64,000 bases of DNA from the human T2T-CHM13v2.0 reference genome, Homo sapiens, in the NCBI RefSeq assembly GCF_009914755.1, contig NC_060938.1; one strand, written 5' to 3'. The notes beneath the pieces were generated by a model, which ran no database searches, was not told the origin of the DNA, and saw only the letters and a list, made by a program, of their open reading frames with translations. The position numbers were made by a program, and so were the translations under genes. Positions 14,901 to 28,920 of this stretch are shown here, piece by piece (the stretch's first letter is position 1; each line of letters starts with the position of its first letter).

Positions 14901-15914
14901 TGGACTCTGTTTTTGCTGATGCTGCATAACTGTTGGAGGTGGGGGTGTCTTGCCTTCCCTAACATAAGAAGAATTTGTAATGTCTTTGGATGTGGCATTC
15001 CACCTGCATGAAATCAGGAAAAGAATCATCACCATGTTTGTGAGAGGGAAAAGAGTATGGCATTGCATAGTCATTCGCTTTAGGCACTATTAATTCTGAC
15101 ATCCTTCATTGAAAATTAACTGACATCAAATGTCAATATTCTCCATAGTCCTAGGTGCCAGTGAGCCTGAAACACAGCTTCTGCCTTTTCAATGTGTAGA
15201 TTTCATGATATTTTACAAATTATTGTTACCTCTTGTGCAGTTACTGTGCTTTAGATGACCTTATCTGAGAACCAAAATTCTTTTCTTTCCAGATGAAGTA
15301 CTATTTAAGTAGAAACTAGCATTAGGTTAAATCAAAGTGCTTCTCTGATAGCCACCAATTTGATTTAATTGATGATTCGGTGTGGACACCACTGTGGGTT
15401 TCCAAAAAAACTGGTTATCCTTTTGCAGCAGAGGACTTAGTATTTTAAAAACAGAAAAGTAAGTAGGAAAGTATTATTTGTAAATGTCATAAAACCAGAT
15501 GGAGGCATATTCTTTACTGATAAAGAAACAGGACTAGAACACGCATGTGGTATCTCCTTTTACTTTTGAGGAAACTGTGGTTAAAGAACATTCTATTCTA
15601 TTTGATCTAAGAGCAAAGCAAATGATGGATAATCCTGAAATGGTAAAAGTATTTTTGTCTTAAAAATTATTCATTTGGGCAAAGTCATTTACAACAAAAT
15701 AAAAAGTCATACAGCACACCTATGGAAGAATTAAAGAATACATAAATGTGCTGGATACATTTAGCATCCTCCAGTGAGTTGTATGTAAGGAGAGTAAACT
15801 AATAAACCAAAATACATATCAGATCAACTAGCTATCACTTTTCTAAAACTTGTAGAATTCTGAAAAATATTTAAAGATGGGAGAAACGAAACTGTGCTAA
15901 GACAATGAGATTGG

Positions 15915-16135
15915 CATAGCACAGTGAAGTTGGCACAAACTGTGATCCTGGCCTGGGTTTACATGAAACTCTGCTGTGTGGCCTTAAGAAAATTACTTAG
16001 CCAGCCTGTATCCTGGTTTCTTCAACTGGAAAATGGAAATAATACCTACCTCATTAGGTGTCTTAAAAGATATCAGTGAAATCACAGATGTAATGTGCCT
16101 AGCATAGAGCCGGGCATGTAGTTAGCATTCCGTAG
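15915..16135 (+). mobile_element. MIR SINE
   Basis: Core GTGTGGCCTTAAGAAAATTACTTA..TTTCTTCAACTGGAAAATGGAAATAATACCTACCTCA..GTAATGTGCCTAGCATAG. Confidence 0.75.
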
Positions 16136-18351
16136 TTCCTCCTTACAGTCATGCCTGAAAAAGAAAATATTTAAGATGTGTCTTCTTTTTCTAGCAAATG
16201 TTATTATAACACTAGAGAAAAACAAAAACCAACGTTCAGATACTGTAACAAGGATAGGCTCATGAAGCCAGGCTGGATTCGTAAATAAAGGAGGCTTCAT
16301 CAGGACAGCCTAATCAGAGATAAGCCTGGTATGTGGAGGAAATTGAGCCTTAATAGAGTCCAACTGTGGTAGAACCAAGTCTTTGCATTTATCCCCTTAG
16401 TTTGGAGGGAGTACAAATCCTTGATGGTTTGTGTGTACCTCTTGATCGATCACAAACAAGGCCTCTCCTTGTCTCCAGTTCTCTTATTCATAAATGGACA
16501 AGGCATCTTGTCGCCTTTATCAAAAGAGTTGGTGACAATGGCAGTTTGACTACATATTTCAACTGTGATCCAAAAAAGTAAAATAAATGATGTGATACTA
16601 TACTGAGACTGTTTTAAAAATGGATAACACTTTCTTTAAAACCTGCATTATATATCCATTTTATATCCTGATAGCCAAACATTTTAAAATACTCTAATAA
16701 CACAGCTCTCAAAACGTATCTGTTTGACTGGAATGTCCTGCTCAGAACAAATTATCACTGTTTCCCTTATGAGATCCTAATGAAAGAAATTCAGTTGATA
16801 CTACTTTTTAAAATGGGTTTTAAGAGTGGCTTGTTGATATAATAGCGCATCCACTTGTTCTCAAGTGATTCAAACCTTGAGTAAAAAGGAGAGTTTCTGG
16901 AGAATTTAGAAGAATCTTTGTTGACATTTAATCTAGAGAAGTCTTCAGGAGCAAACCACTTCAAGTTCAGTGTAACCAGGTGCCATGAGTCAGTCATGTG
17001 CTACTTGTGGTTTTAAACGAAACATGATTCTGGGATGAGAAGTGCGAGGCTACACTCCTAATATAATCAAATTGCCAAAGCACTGTTTTGAGTCCTCGGT
17101 ATCCCAATTAAGGAGAAACATGAAGACATTGGAGAATCACTTAGCTTAGGGCTTTTAGTAGGGAATAATTAAACATGTAGGGAAGGTGAAGGAGTTAGAT
17201 GGGAGGTAAGAAGGCTGAGGAGATTTCTAGTAACAATGATCCAAAAGTTCTAACCAGGGGGATGGTGCACACTTTCTCTTCTTGACCACATGGATAGATT
17301 TCAGAGCATCCCTCTAAATCAAGTCTGGAGAATTATGTGAAGGTTGTTTCTCATTAATTCAAAATGTATTCATTGTCTAGTACTATGCTATCTGGGCTGG
17401 CACAGAACTTAAAATCTCTTTGGAGTGCTATGAGTGCACATTGAAGCAGTTGGTCATCATTATACAATGATGCTTACCAATATACAACTGTTAAGTTAGT
17501 CTAACTATGTGCCATAAACAGTAGAGTTCCTTGTTACTAGTATTGGAAGGTGAAACATTGGCTGAATTTATTGGGGCAAGTGTCTAGGAAGCCTTGGACT
17601 GGCAGTGAGTCTTGGTTGCATTATATGGGAAATTGGTGGGGATGGGGGTGTCATAGAATCATCATCTTTGGAAGTTTTTTAAAATAGAAAAATGTACTTG
17701 AAGTCTTGGTTCTGCTAAAGAAGAATGAGAGGACACCCATGAATATACCCTTTATAAAGTTCCTTCTAATATTTAGGTGTAACGTTAAAAAAGAATCAAC
17801 AATAACACTCCAGGCCTGTCTTCTTCCACTTTGGACATTTTTTCCACATTGATTTTTCTCTGCATCATAGAAAGTTTTCTCTGAAGAGTTCCTATTTGGG
17901 TTTTGTTTAGGGCTTTGGGGATGCCTGCAGGCTCAGGGGGAGTTTCCTCTCCTATGGTGCTTTGACTGTTTTTGTTTCCCTTGGGTCACAAAACCATATC
18001 CTAGACACACAGACAATAATCACCTTATTTATATCCACTGTGGAACCTGTGAAACAGCTCGAGGCTTTACAGAACAAGCTCATAGGCAGTCATGGAGATC
18101 TGAGGCCTTTCTTGGAATGAAGCCGCTAACTTGCTAACTGCTTTCCATTGCTCACTAATGCTGCCTTAAGGTTTCTTCATGGGAATTTTTACTTCATGCC
18201 TTTGAGTGACAGTGTTACCAGTTTTACCTTGAGGATGATGAGAAGGCTGACTTCCTATTGTATTGCCATATTTATGCATTATTTTTGTTTACGTCATTTC
18301 CCCCTTGAAGTATCTAGTTGCTGGGGTTTTGTTTGTTTTATACAAAATTTA

Positions 18352-18670
<319 letters not shown>

Positions 18671-20094
18671 AGACCTTTTTAAGTGTAAATGTTCCAGACT
18701 CAGGGTTAGGGGTTGGAGAATGGCAGATGGATAAAATAGTTTAAGTTCAACAATATTTTTTTGTTGTTTCTAAATATTCTTTTTAAAAACTAGAGTCTGA
18801 TAAGAAATCTAGGTAAATAATAAGATCTTTTATTAACCTTGAATTTTTGGCTTAATGTATTTCTGTAATTGTCTCTTTCCCCCTTTGAAAGGCAGAAGAT
18901 TTAGGGAAGGTGAAAGTTATTACCCTGTATCTAATTAAGAAATAGGTACACTTGTTTGTCAGTCTATGCTTTCATTCAAAATAAATGGATATGTTTTGTA
19001 TCTGGGGGAGGAAATGCATCATTCCATTCCAGCAGTGAAAAGAATTATAGCATCAAATAGGATATTTAGTATTCTTGACTTTTATAATTAAATACTGAAT
19101 GCCCTTTGCAAGACAGTAAGTTAGATCCTGGAATGCTAGGTCTGTACAAACTTGACACATTTCTTACAAGCTCTGTGTTTTAATAGTCAAAGGCATTGCT
19201 ACCCTTTGCTTTTTGAAAGAGTGAACTGGTAACAGTAGCCGCCAGAGAAAGAGGTGACAATCTAAACAAAGAGCCCTGCTTACCTTTCTGTGACTAAAAC
19301 TAGTCTTAAAAACTGAATACATTTGGGGCATCCTTATGAAATAGGTAAAGGTCAACATTGGGAGTGTCCCTACCTTGGCAGATAGACCAATACTTTTTTC
19401 CTAGACTCAACCCATTTTTAAAGCAGGAGTTTTTCCAATGGATTTATTGTTTATAATTCTACTAAACATGTCTTAGTCCACGCAAATTAACTCAAAATCT
19501 TTGGTGGCCTGAAAATTCTGACTGAAAGCAAGTTTTTCGTGTTGCCCAGTTGATAGTCCATAATAAAAAATGTACATATCTTGTTTACAAAAGACCTTGA
19601 TGTTTGAGAAGAAATATCGGAAGTCTGCCAGTAAAAACTCTGATTAAGTGAGGAACATGTACATTAAAAGATATTTTCATGTAAGTTATTTTAAGATAGT
19701 TGCATTCTAGGACCATGTTTCTTTTTTGAGAGTGTTTCTTTGTCAAGTTCCTTATAGCCAATGCCTTGACCAAAGCTTACTAATTTTGCCACATTTCCTT
19801 GTGGGTTATGATAATCTTTATTAATTCACAACTCTACCAAATTATAATACAGTCTTTTATTATGCCACCATATGAATGCAGCTGCAAATTCAATTTTGTG
19901 AAATACAAAGTCCTTTCCAGAATTTTAAAACTTAATTTCAGTATAGATTTTAAGTTTGTGAATAAGAAATTAGTATTTGTATACCTTATTATGACAGAGG
20001 TTTCTGTTACAATATTTTCTCTTATAGTGTTGGGATAGGATTTGACCTGTATTTTCAGGTTAAAGCTGGTCTTTGAGATCTACTTTTTAAGAAA

Positions 20095-20620
20095 TTAATA
20101 AATTTTATTTTTTAGAGTTTTAGGTTCACAGCAAAATTGATCCTAAAATATAGAGTTCTCATATACTCCAAACACAACCTTCTTCCCCGTGAACATTTTG
20201 AACACCACAGTGCTATATTTGTTACAACTGATGAACCTTCATTGACATAACATTATCACCCAAAGTGCATAGTTCATATTAAGGTTCACTCTTGGTGTTG
20301 TGTATTTTATGGGTTTTGACCAATGCACAATGACGTGTGTCCACTATTGTAGTATCATACAGAAGATTTTCACTGCCCTAAAAATCCTCTGTGCTCTGCC
20401 TATTCATTCCTCCCTCCCACCTAAGCCCTGGCATCCACTGGTCCTTGTACTGTCCCCAGAGTTTTGCCTTTTCCAGAATGTCATACAGTATGTAGCCTTT
20501 TCAGATTGGCTTTTTTTTTTTTTTCACTTAGGGATAGTCATGTAAGTTTTCATGTCTTTTTATGGCTTGATAGTTCATTTATTTTAAGTGCTGAATAATA
20601 TTTCATTGGTTGTATCACCA
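20095..20620 (-). mobile_element. L1M-class 3' end fragment
   Basis: TTTTAGGTTCACAGCAAAATTGA..CATTATCACCCAAAG..TCACTCTTGGTGTTG matches antisense old L1 3' UTR. Confidence 0.75.
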
Positions 20621-23600
20621 TTTATGACCTATTTGCTCTTATTTCTAGTTCCAGTTGCTATGGCAAATTTTATTAAAGTGCGTGCTCTCAGGAAAAGCTG
20701 CATATATTTTATATGATCCATCAAATAAAATGTAGCAACTTCCAGTCTAGAATAAATTTCACCTATATGATATTGAGCTTGTTTTACATTGGGGGAGGAG
20801 ATTTATGAAAAAATATAATAATTTCATAATTTATATTACCCTATCTATGAGTTTTTCCCTCCATTGGAATCTAAACAGAAAGTTCTGAAGGTTATGAAGA
20901 CGTGATCCCAAATTTAGTGACTCTGTAGTGTCTTTTGTTGAGCAATGAGTTAAATACCTGTCGATAAAAAGTGTTAATTATGTTATTACTGATTCATGAT
21001 AGAAAATCACCTTCTGTCGCTAGTTTATATGACTTTACATTTACCACTCCTGCCAAGAGAAAGGAAGCTTTGTGATTGTGCCCCGTCATAGTTAATTGTA
21101 CAAATCAATTAAAAATGGTATGTAAGCATCTGGCTCACACAGCAGCTCTGAATTCTGAATGAAAAGATAACCCATGCTAATGTATATGTTGCATGAACAA
21201 GTAGATGGGTGTTGGAAAGAAAACACTGATAGTCACTCTGGGTGAAGGGGGAGGCCTGGCCAATGATTTGTATCTGAGAAACATTTTGAGATTATTTATA
21301 TGTCTTCTGACTGCCCTTTGCTTTGTAGCTACAGCAACTTGCAGAACCTGGCATTATTGCAGAGATGAAGGTATAGTTGTATAAAGAATATTGGATTAAA
21401 GTTGATGAGGCCTGTGTTCTGATATCAAATCTTCCACTAATGAGCTCTAAAATGAATATCAAGTCACAATTTTTTCAAGCCTTCATTGTTGCATCTATCA
21501 GATGGGAATAGTAATACTCATTTTACCTATTTTTACCAGGTGGTTGTAGGAACAGGATTCATTCATTCCTTCATTAATATAATGAACACTTTGAGACCCC
21601 ACTATATAACAGGGCCATACATATGACAAGGTGATAGATGGAAAGACGTTTTGCAGAATTTTTGAAGACTTGCAATGTTTTTGAAGACTACAGGATAGTT
21701 TGTGATTTTTATATTAAGGTCGTATCAACTCTTTATGTCAATATATCAAAGTAATTGACACTTTTAGAGCTCTGCCAATCAGTGGGCCATATTCATAGAA
21801 TGTCAGTAATCTGTCTGAATACAAGTTATAGTTGGTCTTTAGCTGTTCTGTCTCTGAGGAGCTAGAAATAAAATATTAGGTTCTAATTTTTTTTTGTTCA
21901 AACACTGATCATGTAACAAACTGCAAATCCATGTTTTCAGCAGGTTCGCCAACCTTTGAGTTGAATGCAGACCTTTCTTTAGAACAACCTAACTTTGAGT
22001 ACAGGCAAAGTATTAAATGGAATAGCTTTTCCTCCCCTACAAAGTGGATTTGAATACAGTCCTTAGAAAAATTCTTCCCCTGCCAAAAAAGGTCCTTCAA
22101 TCTCCTTTATTATTTTTCTTTTGAAGAATCAAACTTGTCCATCTCTCCCCTCCCAAGTGACTTTCCTCACTCATGTAATCATTTTCTTCATAAATGCCCT
22201 TTTATTATCCCACAGAAAAAGTAAAGATTTAAAAAATCATTTTTAAGGTACATCCAAGATTTCATAGCAATATTTTATTTGTGTTCACAGTGCAAGATAA
22301 ATCTGACTTTCTCAATATTTTTGGTCTTCATATGGCATCTGAAACAGTTGTTCACATTCACACATTTATGTTTCACCATATGCATACTGTGTACAGCTCT
22401 GTTGTTCTAAAATATTTTATTGGTTTTCCTTTATATCTCAACTTTTGATGGGTGTCCTTGAAGAACTTTCATGAAAAAAATGTAAATGTGAATGATTCAT
22501 TCATTTTGAACATATGTAACTATTTTAGGAGATTTTCAGGAGATTTTACCCTACATGGAGTACACTGTTCTTAGCAGGGAATGTGCTTTATATTACTATT
22601 CTACTCACAGCTGGATGCTGCAGATGTATTAACATTGTAAACATGTACTTTTTCTATTCTATGCTTACTTTAATACATTATTTATATGTGCTAGACTGTG
22701 CTGAGTTTTGGTGGTTGTCAAAGGCAGTCAGTAATTTTATAAATTTCACTTTTGTGGATAGTTAAGTATAACATGGTTTAGTATAAAATCTGGTCTTCCT
22801 CTAGATTTCTAAGTCACTAGAAGAATTTCTTGGCAAATTGATTGTTCAAGGCCAGTTTTGTTAGTTGTAAGGTGGAAGCCACCCCAATCCTCTCCCAGTG
22901 TTTCATAGGCATTTTCAGACCTGGATGCTATTATAGTTCCTCCTCTAGTTTTCCAGTAGAGAATTCGTATGTGGTCCAGAGGTTCAAGAGAGAGAGAGAA
23001 AAAATTTCTCCTCAAAAGAATTGAACCCTTACTTTAGAAACTTCTGACAATCTTCAGAACATTCCATGTGGGTGTCCTTGTGTTTCTCATAGTATGACTT
23101 ATTGATTCATGGTGTCTCTTATTAAAGAAGCATGAATGTATCACTAGCTGTTACCAGAACAAACAGCTGTAGAATGTAATGACCCATCCTATTTCTAAAT
23201 TTACTTCTATCAGTGGATAATTTGTGTATAGGAAAAGGTGTGGAAATTTTTTAATTGTTAAAAACTGGAATAACTTTCTACCTTTTGTAGTCTTTAAGAT
23301 TTCATAATGATGGTTTTAATGTATTACTATCTTACTATTATGTATTGTGTTTAAACAAGACCAATCAGTGAAATATTGAATGTCAATACTTTTTGTTAGA
23401 AATGCCCTCTGAAAATGTTAGAAAATGTAAAACTTTACCTGTGACAAGGAATAAATTCATGATTAGAAGAATTATACTGTTTTTCTTGTGCAAATAATAC
23501 TTAAGGCAGATGTTCAGTCTCACAGTGATGTTGGAAAGCATATTTTATGCAGTCTAAACACTATTTCTGTATTAGATATTTAAATGCATGAGGATAAATT

Positions 23601-24388
23601 CTAATTGCTTTTTGTTTAAAACAGAAACATAGAAGAAGCATTAGCCCCAGTTTGTATAAAATGTCTGCTGCAACTGAATTCATGATAGTTCATGAAAACT
23701 GAAAATCATTCCAATTTTGTAAAACTGCTGCTACTGGTTTTATCAATAAAGTTTTAGCAGATGGCTTATATGTACATGTGTGAAAATTTTTTATGTTAAA
23801 AAAAGATACAGTTTTGCAGCATCAACATGCAAATTTTATGGGCCTGAATGATACTGCTTATTTTAGTATATACAAAAACCATTAACTTCAAAACCATACC
23901 AACTGCAGACATATATTTTAGAACTATAAGCATTACATGTATGATCCATACAGTTTATTTGGTTTCAGGGTGCTGTAGGCTTTTATGGTGAACACACATA
24001 CAAATCAACATATACCAGTTCAAATGCTGACTTGAAGAACATCAGGTAAGGAGCTATATAAATGTAAGGATCACCTGAATTAATTAAATTGCATCTAAAG
24101 GGGATTCTGAGAAGGCAAACTGCAAAGTGTAGGTGTTCATGTACAAAAGTGTATGTAATTCCTCATTAGAGAAGCTCTTGTCCAGAACACTTTCCCCTCT
24201 ATGAATACCCAGTTCTCAAAAGTTAACAAGGCTCAGATGCAACAAGCTAGAAGTAGAGGGAGCTGAGTTATTATATTCGGACACCTACATAGCACTCAAA
24301 ACATGGCTGACTTCCCCCAAACAGAAAAGCATAGAGAAATACAATTCTATAGATGTTTCAGTGACAATTTTTAACAATTTTACAATTC

Positions 24389-24765
24389 TGTATTAGTTGA
24401 GGTAATGTTACCTGTTGTAATAACCCAAAATGTCAGTTGACTCACATAAGAAAGGTTTATTTCTCCCTCATCTGGGATGTTTTTGGCCATTCAGTTTTCT
24501 TTCTAGCAGTATCTCAGGGATTGAGGCTCCTTTTGTGATTTGGCCTTTCAGAGTCCTTATGGACTTTGAAGGAATGTATTGCCATGCAAATGGAGGAAGA
24601 AAAGCCATGAGGGTCAAATGATGTGTTTTAGGGGACAGGCTTAGAGGTGCTGCTCTTCACTCCTGCCCAAACTCCGTTGGCCAGAACTAGTCCAATGGGT
24701 CCACCTATATTTAAGAAGGCTGGGAATTGTAGTTTATTTATATGCCCGAGAAAATGAAACAGTAT
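24389..24765. mobile_element. Old MaLR (MLT1-like) LTR
   Basis: Starts TGTATTAGTT, then AAAGGTTTATTTCTCCCTCA and TTGGCCAGAACTAGTC..GGCTGGGAATTGTAGT motifs. Confidence 0.6.
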
Positions 24766-26504
24766 TGGTAAGACTCTTGTTAAGTCAGTTAAGTTATGGC
24801 ATACTTACATTTTTAAAAAAATTATTTGAAATGTTGTGGTACTGGTGATTATTTATGAAAAGCTTATTGGTTGCTTAAGTTCTTTCTAACCCATGACAGC
24901 ACTAGAACACTATGGGCTGATTAAGGGTTCTACTTGTACTTTTACATCCATAGTCACCTTAGACTTAGACCATTTCAACACTTGAAGGAGCATTGTTGCA
25001 AATAAAGACTATTTGAGTTCACATTTCCAAAGCCACAGGGCAAAGAGTTTTGAGCTAGTAGGCTGAGCAAGATTGACCATTTCTACATGTGTATGTGCAC
25101 TAGTAGGTACATACATATATGGCATACTGAAAACATTAAAGCAAATATATGAGCAAAAGAAGAATAATGCAGAAGAAACATTTTTCCATATATGAATCTT
25201 AGAGTATGTCATCTGGAGAGCTTAAACTTGGCAAATGATTGCTATCTTGTGGCATTGCTTCAACACAGGCTTACCCATGCTGAAATGTTAAAATAATTGA
25301 GACAGCCATCTATGACTCTGGTTCTTTGGTTCTTTTTTTTTTTTTTGTCTTTTGTAGTAATTAAAAAATTGTGCTGTGTAGCATTTTATTGATAAGTCAA
25401 ATAAGTCAAATCACATTATATGTATTGTAAGCTTCATAGTCTCCTTACAGTTTCTCTGGGGTTGCTCCAGAAAGATTCAGAAATATGGCTCAAGGGGAAG
25501 CTTGGGTGACATTTCACAGTGCTGATAAATTTTAATGTGCATTCCACTACATAATAAAACATCTGATTCTTTTCAGTAAACAGATAAGAAGTAGGAGACA
25601 GGATTGGCATTATATCTATGGTCATGTCGAGGAGGGACAAGATTGAGTGGTGAGAAGATTAGAATTTGGATAGATTCTAAGGTAGGTAGTATGGAATTTT
25701 AATATGTATTTTAAAATCCAAAATTGTTTAGTGAAAGATTCTAATCTTACAAGGAGAATTGCAGAATTTATCCAATTATATATGCAGACATAAATAACAC
25801 AGTCGAGATTAAAATCATACCTGTTTTCTAATTCCAGTTATGCCATCAAGGAATCCTGTGATCTTGGATTACCTTGACCTTTCTTTCGTGTCTTCCAACA
25901 TCTGTTATATCTTGAGGTAGTCCCAGAGGAGGAGGGGACTTGGCAATTATTTGTTGATTTAAACTGACAATAGTAAAGATTTCCTAGTCCATTCAGATAA
26001 AGTATAACACTAGACATACCATCCATACTGGTCAAATTACCTAGCTGCTCCCAAATACATTTTTTTCTCCATAAGATATAGCGTGTTGTTATGGAGGCTG
26101 CTTTTACCTGAGGTAGAGGAGTATTTTAAGGAAAAATGAAACCGTTCATCTCGGAGGTCTCACAACCACTTTAGAGGGTGTGGAAAGACAAGAATTAGGA
26201 AAATATATAAATGACTTTAGGTGAGTATTTCCCAATGCTATTAAAATGCAGGTAGTGACCTTTATAAGATGTTTTGAAAAGGAAAAAAAAAAGTCACTTT
26301 ATAAACACAATGTCTCATTAAGGGAAGAAAACTATTTTCTGTATAACAGGCTTTCCCCCAGCTCCCTTCTTCTGCTTGAGTAACTGTAAAGACAGCAACT
26401 AGTGGCTGCCTTCAAGGTTAGTGTAAGTTCATGAACTGATAGCTACGTAGCTAAGGTGAAAACAGGGACCTCAAACCAGGCAGGGTGGATTCATCTATTC
26501 CCAG

Positions 26505-26910
26505 GCGTTCTTGGTTACCTTTGATGTACCAGGCACTGTGTGCTAGACAGTTGGGACACAGTGTTAACCAGGTGAACTAGCTTAAAATCTGGTGTAATGA
26601 ATATTGTGAAATAGGATTGGTAGGGTGAATTGGGAACATAATTAGGGGGCTAATGTAGTCGGTGGGAGGCTGTCAGGGGAAGCTGCTATGAGGAAGTGGT
26701 ATTTAAGCTGAGACGTGAAAGCTGAGTAGGAGTAAGCCAGGTAAAAGGGAGGCACATTAAGAAAGAAGAAACAGCATGTACAAAATACCTTAGGCAAGTG
26801 AGACCCTTCCCTATTCAAGGAAACTGAAAAAAGTCCAGCGTGACTGGACCTTAAAGAGCAAGGAGGAGAGTGTTTTGAGATGAGCTGGACAAGAAGACAA
26901 GGCTCATTGA
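26505..26910 (-). mobile_element. L2 fragment
   Basis: ATGTACCAGGCACTGTG..GTCAGGGGAAGCTGCTATGAGGAAGTGGTATTTAAGCTGAGACGTGAA is typical antisense L2. Confidence 0.65.
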
Positions 26911-27822
26911 GATATCAGCTGCATCTTGCCCTTATTCCAACGAAGAAGGAAGCAGCAGTGGTGTACTTCTGGCTAGGACCATCTCCTGGATGTGAAGTGT
27001 ACCCGTCTCAAAGCCCCCTGTCATACCCGATAGCTGAAACTTTATCATCAGATCTTCAACCCACTGTGGCTTATTATTACTTCTTCAGACAGTTCGATTT
27101 TAGGTTACCAGCTTTTTAAATCTTAGGGCTAACAAACTGTTAGCTTTGCCACAGGCTTTCAGTAGGTGCTGAGAGAGCAAGCAGGGGGCCCTGAGAGTGG
27201 TGGGGCCGCTGGTGTAGCCCCTTCAGCCTCACAGAGTGCCAGCCACCAGAGGAATCAACATAACACTGCACAGCAGCCCTGCCCTGGCTCCAAAGACAGC
27301 AACTTTTCTTTCTAATTGATTCCCAGTCGTGTTCTCTTCCTTCCAGGCCCTGGCATGACTCTACAGGGAACCAGGGAAGTGATGTGTCTCTTCTTCAGTG
27401 CGATTCTCTCTCCGAAGATAGCTTTGGGTAACATTTCTCTAGTAGATTTTTCATCTTCCCTTCTTTAATTTGGCTTACTGGCTACCCAAATTGCCCACTT
27501 TGATGTTCTAATCATCCCCCATCCCCAAGAAAACAGCCCTATTTAACAACAACAACAAAAGCAATGTAAAACATGAAAACATAGCTTGAGATATGAGAAA
27601 TTATGCAATCATTTGGGGAAATGTATACTAATGTGTACATGTACACTAAAGTGTACTAAAGTGCTAAATCATGCACACCTCTAGTCTCCTTTGTGAAAAA
27701 TACCTTTGCTTTTGTGCATTTTCATGTTAAAGAAGTTTACATGTTGGCCTGAGGTTTTAAGTAGCTGTTGGACCAAAATGAGGACTTTCTAATTGTGTGA
27801 AGGACGTGTTTTAGAGCACAAG

Positions 27823-27859
<37 letters not shown>

Positions 27860-27999
27860 CTGAGGCCCCCTGCCAGTAGGCAGCCACAGACAACGCCAAA
27901 AGGAATTAGACTCTGGGCTGATTTTTATGGATTAGTTAACATATCCCTCCTCAGAATCTATCAAGTGCTCAAACCTGCAGACACAAACACGAACACACT

Positions 28000-28920
28000 A
28001 GGGAGGAGAGTCCCAGAAGGCGGAAGATCCCGTACTGCTCATCCCCAAACGCCTCACCCCGGGTCACACCCACGAACTCATCCGGTTCTCCCTTCTCAGG
28101 GTCCTACTCCAAGGCGAAGAGTATCCCAGAGGAAGGGTCAGGGTCTTAAAAAAAAAAAAAAAAAAAAACACTGAGCCAAACCCCGCTGCTTCCTCAGCCG
28201 CTGAAAGTGCCGCCCCACCCCTCTCCCCAAACCCGACCTCCGTAGGGGACACCGAGCCAAGGCCTGCAGCGAGTGACCTGCCCGGGGAGGCGCGGGACCG
28301 AGGCTCACCTACCCGGGCCCGCGAGTCTCGCCCAGCCCCAGCCTCCCAACCCACTCTGCCGGCCCCAACTTAGGCGAGCGCAGTCGGGACCCTTCTGTCG
28401 GGGCTCTTTGTTCGCCGCCCCTCGGCGTTCCAGCTCTCAACCTTGCTCCCAGCAGCCCCCGCCGGCGCACTCGACCTACAGGAAAGTTGCTCCCGAGCTG
28501 TGGAGGGGCGTCATCGCCTCCTAGCAACGCTCCTAGCAACCGGGTAACATCTGCTCCCTGTGGTCCAATGCGAGCTGAGAACAGCTGCGCGCCCGCCTAG
28601 CGCTGCGAACCCGGAGTGAGAGGCGCTTCAGAGACTGGAGGGACGGACCTGCAGGAGCCAGGGCTGCCCGCCGAGCTGCAGTTGCCGCTACTGCCGCTGT
28701 CAGCGCCCGACTGAAGAGTGACAGCCGCAAAAGCAGGAGTGAGCACCGAACCCCGCGCTTCTACCTAACAGGTGCATGCGCCGATCTGGTGAGTGGACCC
28801 AGCTCACAAGGTATGTCTGGATTCATCCAGCCAGGTGCCTTCCTCCGAGCTCAGAAGGGACTCCTTTCCTTGAGGGGGAGGATAGGGACGTGTTCCGGGA
28901 TCCCACCCCGCCCCCAACCA
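28000..28920 (+). promoter_or_regulatory. CpG-island promoter and first exon of the downstream + strand transcript
   Basis: The only GC/CpG-rich segment in the window. It has a CCAAT box (28565-28569), tandem CCTAGCAAC RFX half-sites (28520-28540), and donors TCTG|GTGAGT (28788/28789) and CAAG|GTATGT (28810/28811). Confidence 0.85.

Noticed and set aside
28691-28716. REST/RE1-like sequence (minus strand TTCAGTCGG..TGACAGCGGC)
   Set aside because: Too many mismatches and non-canonical spacing.
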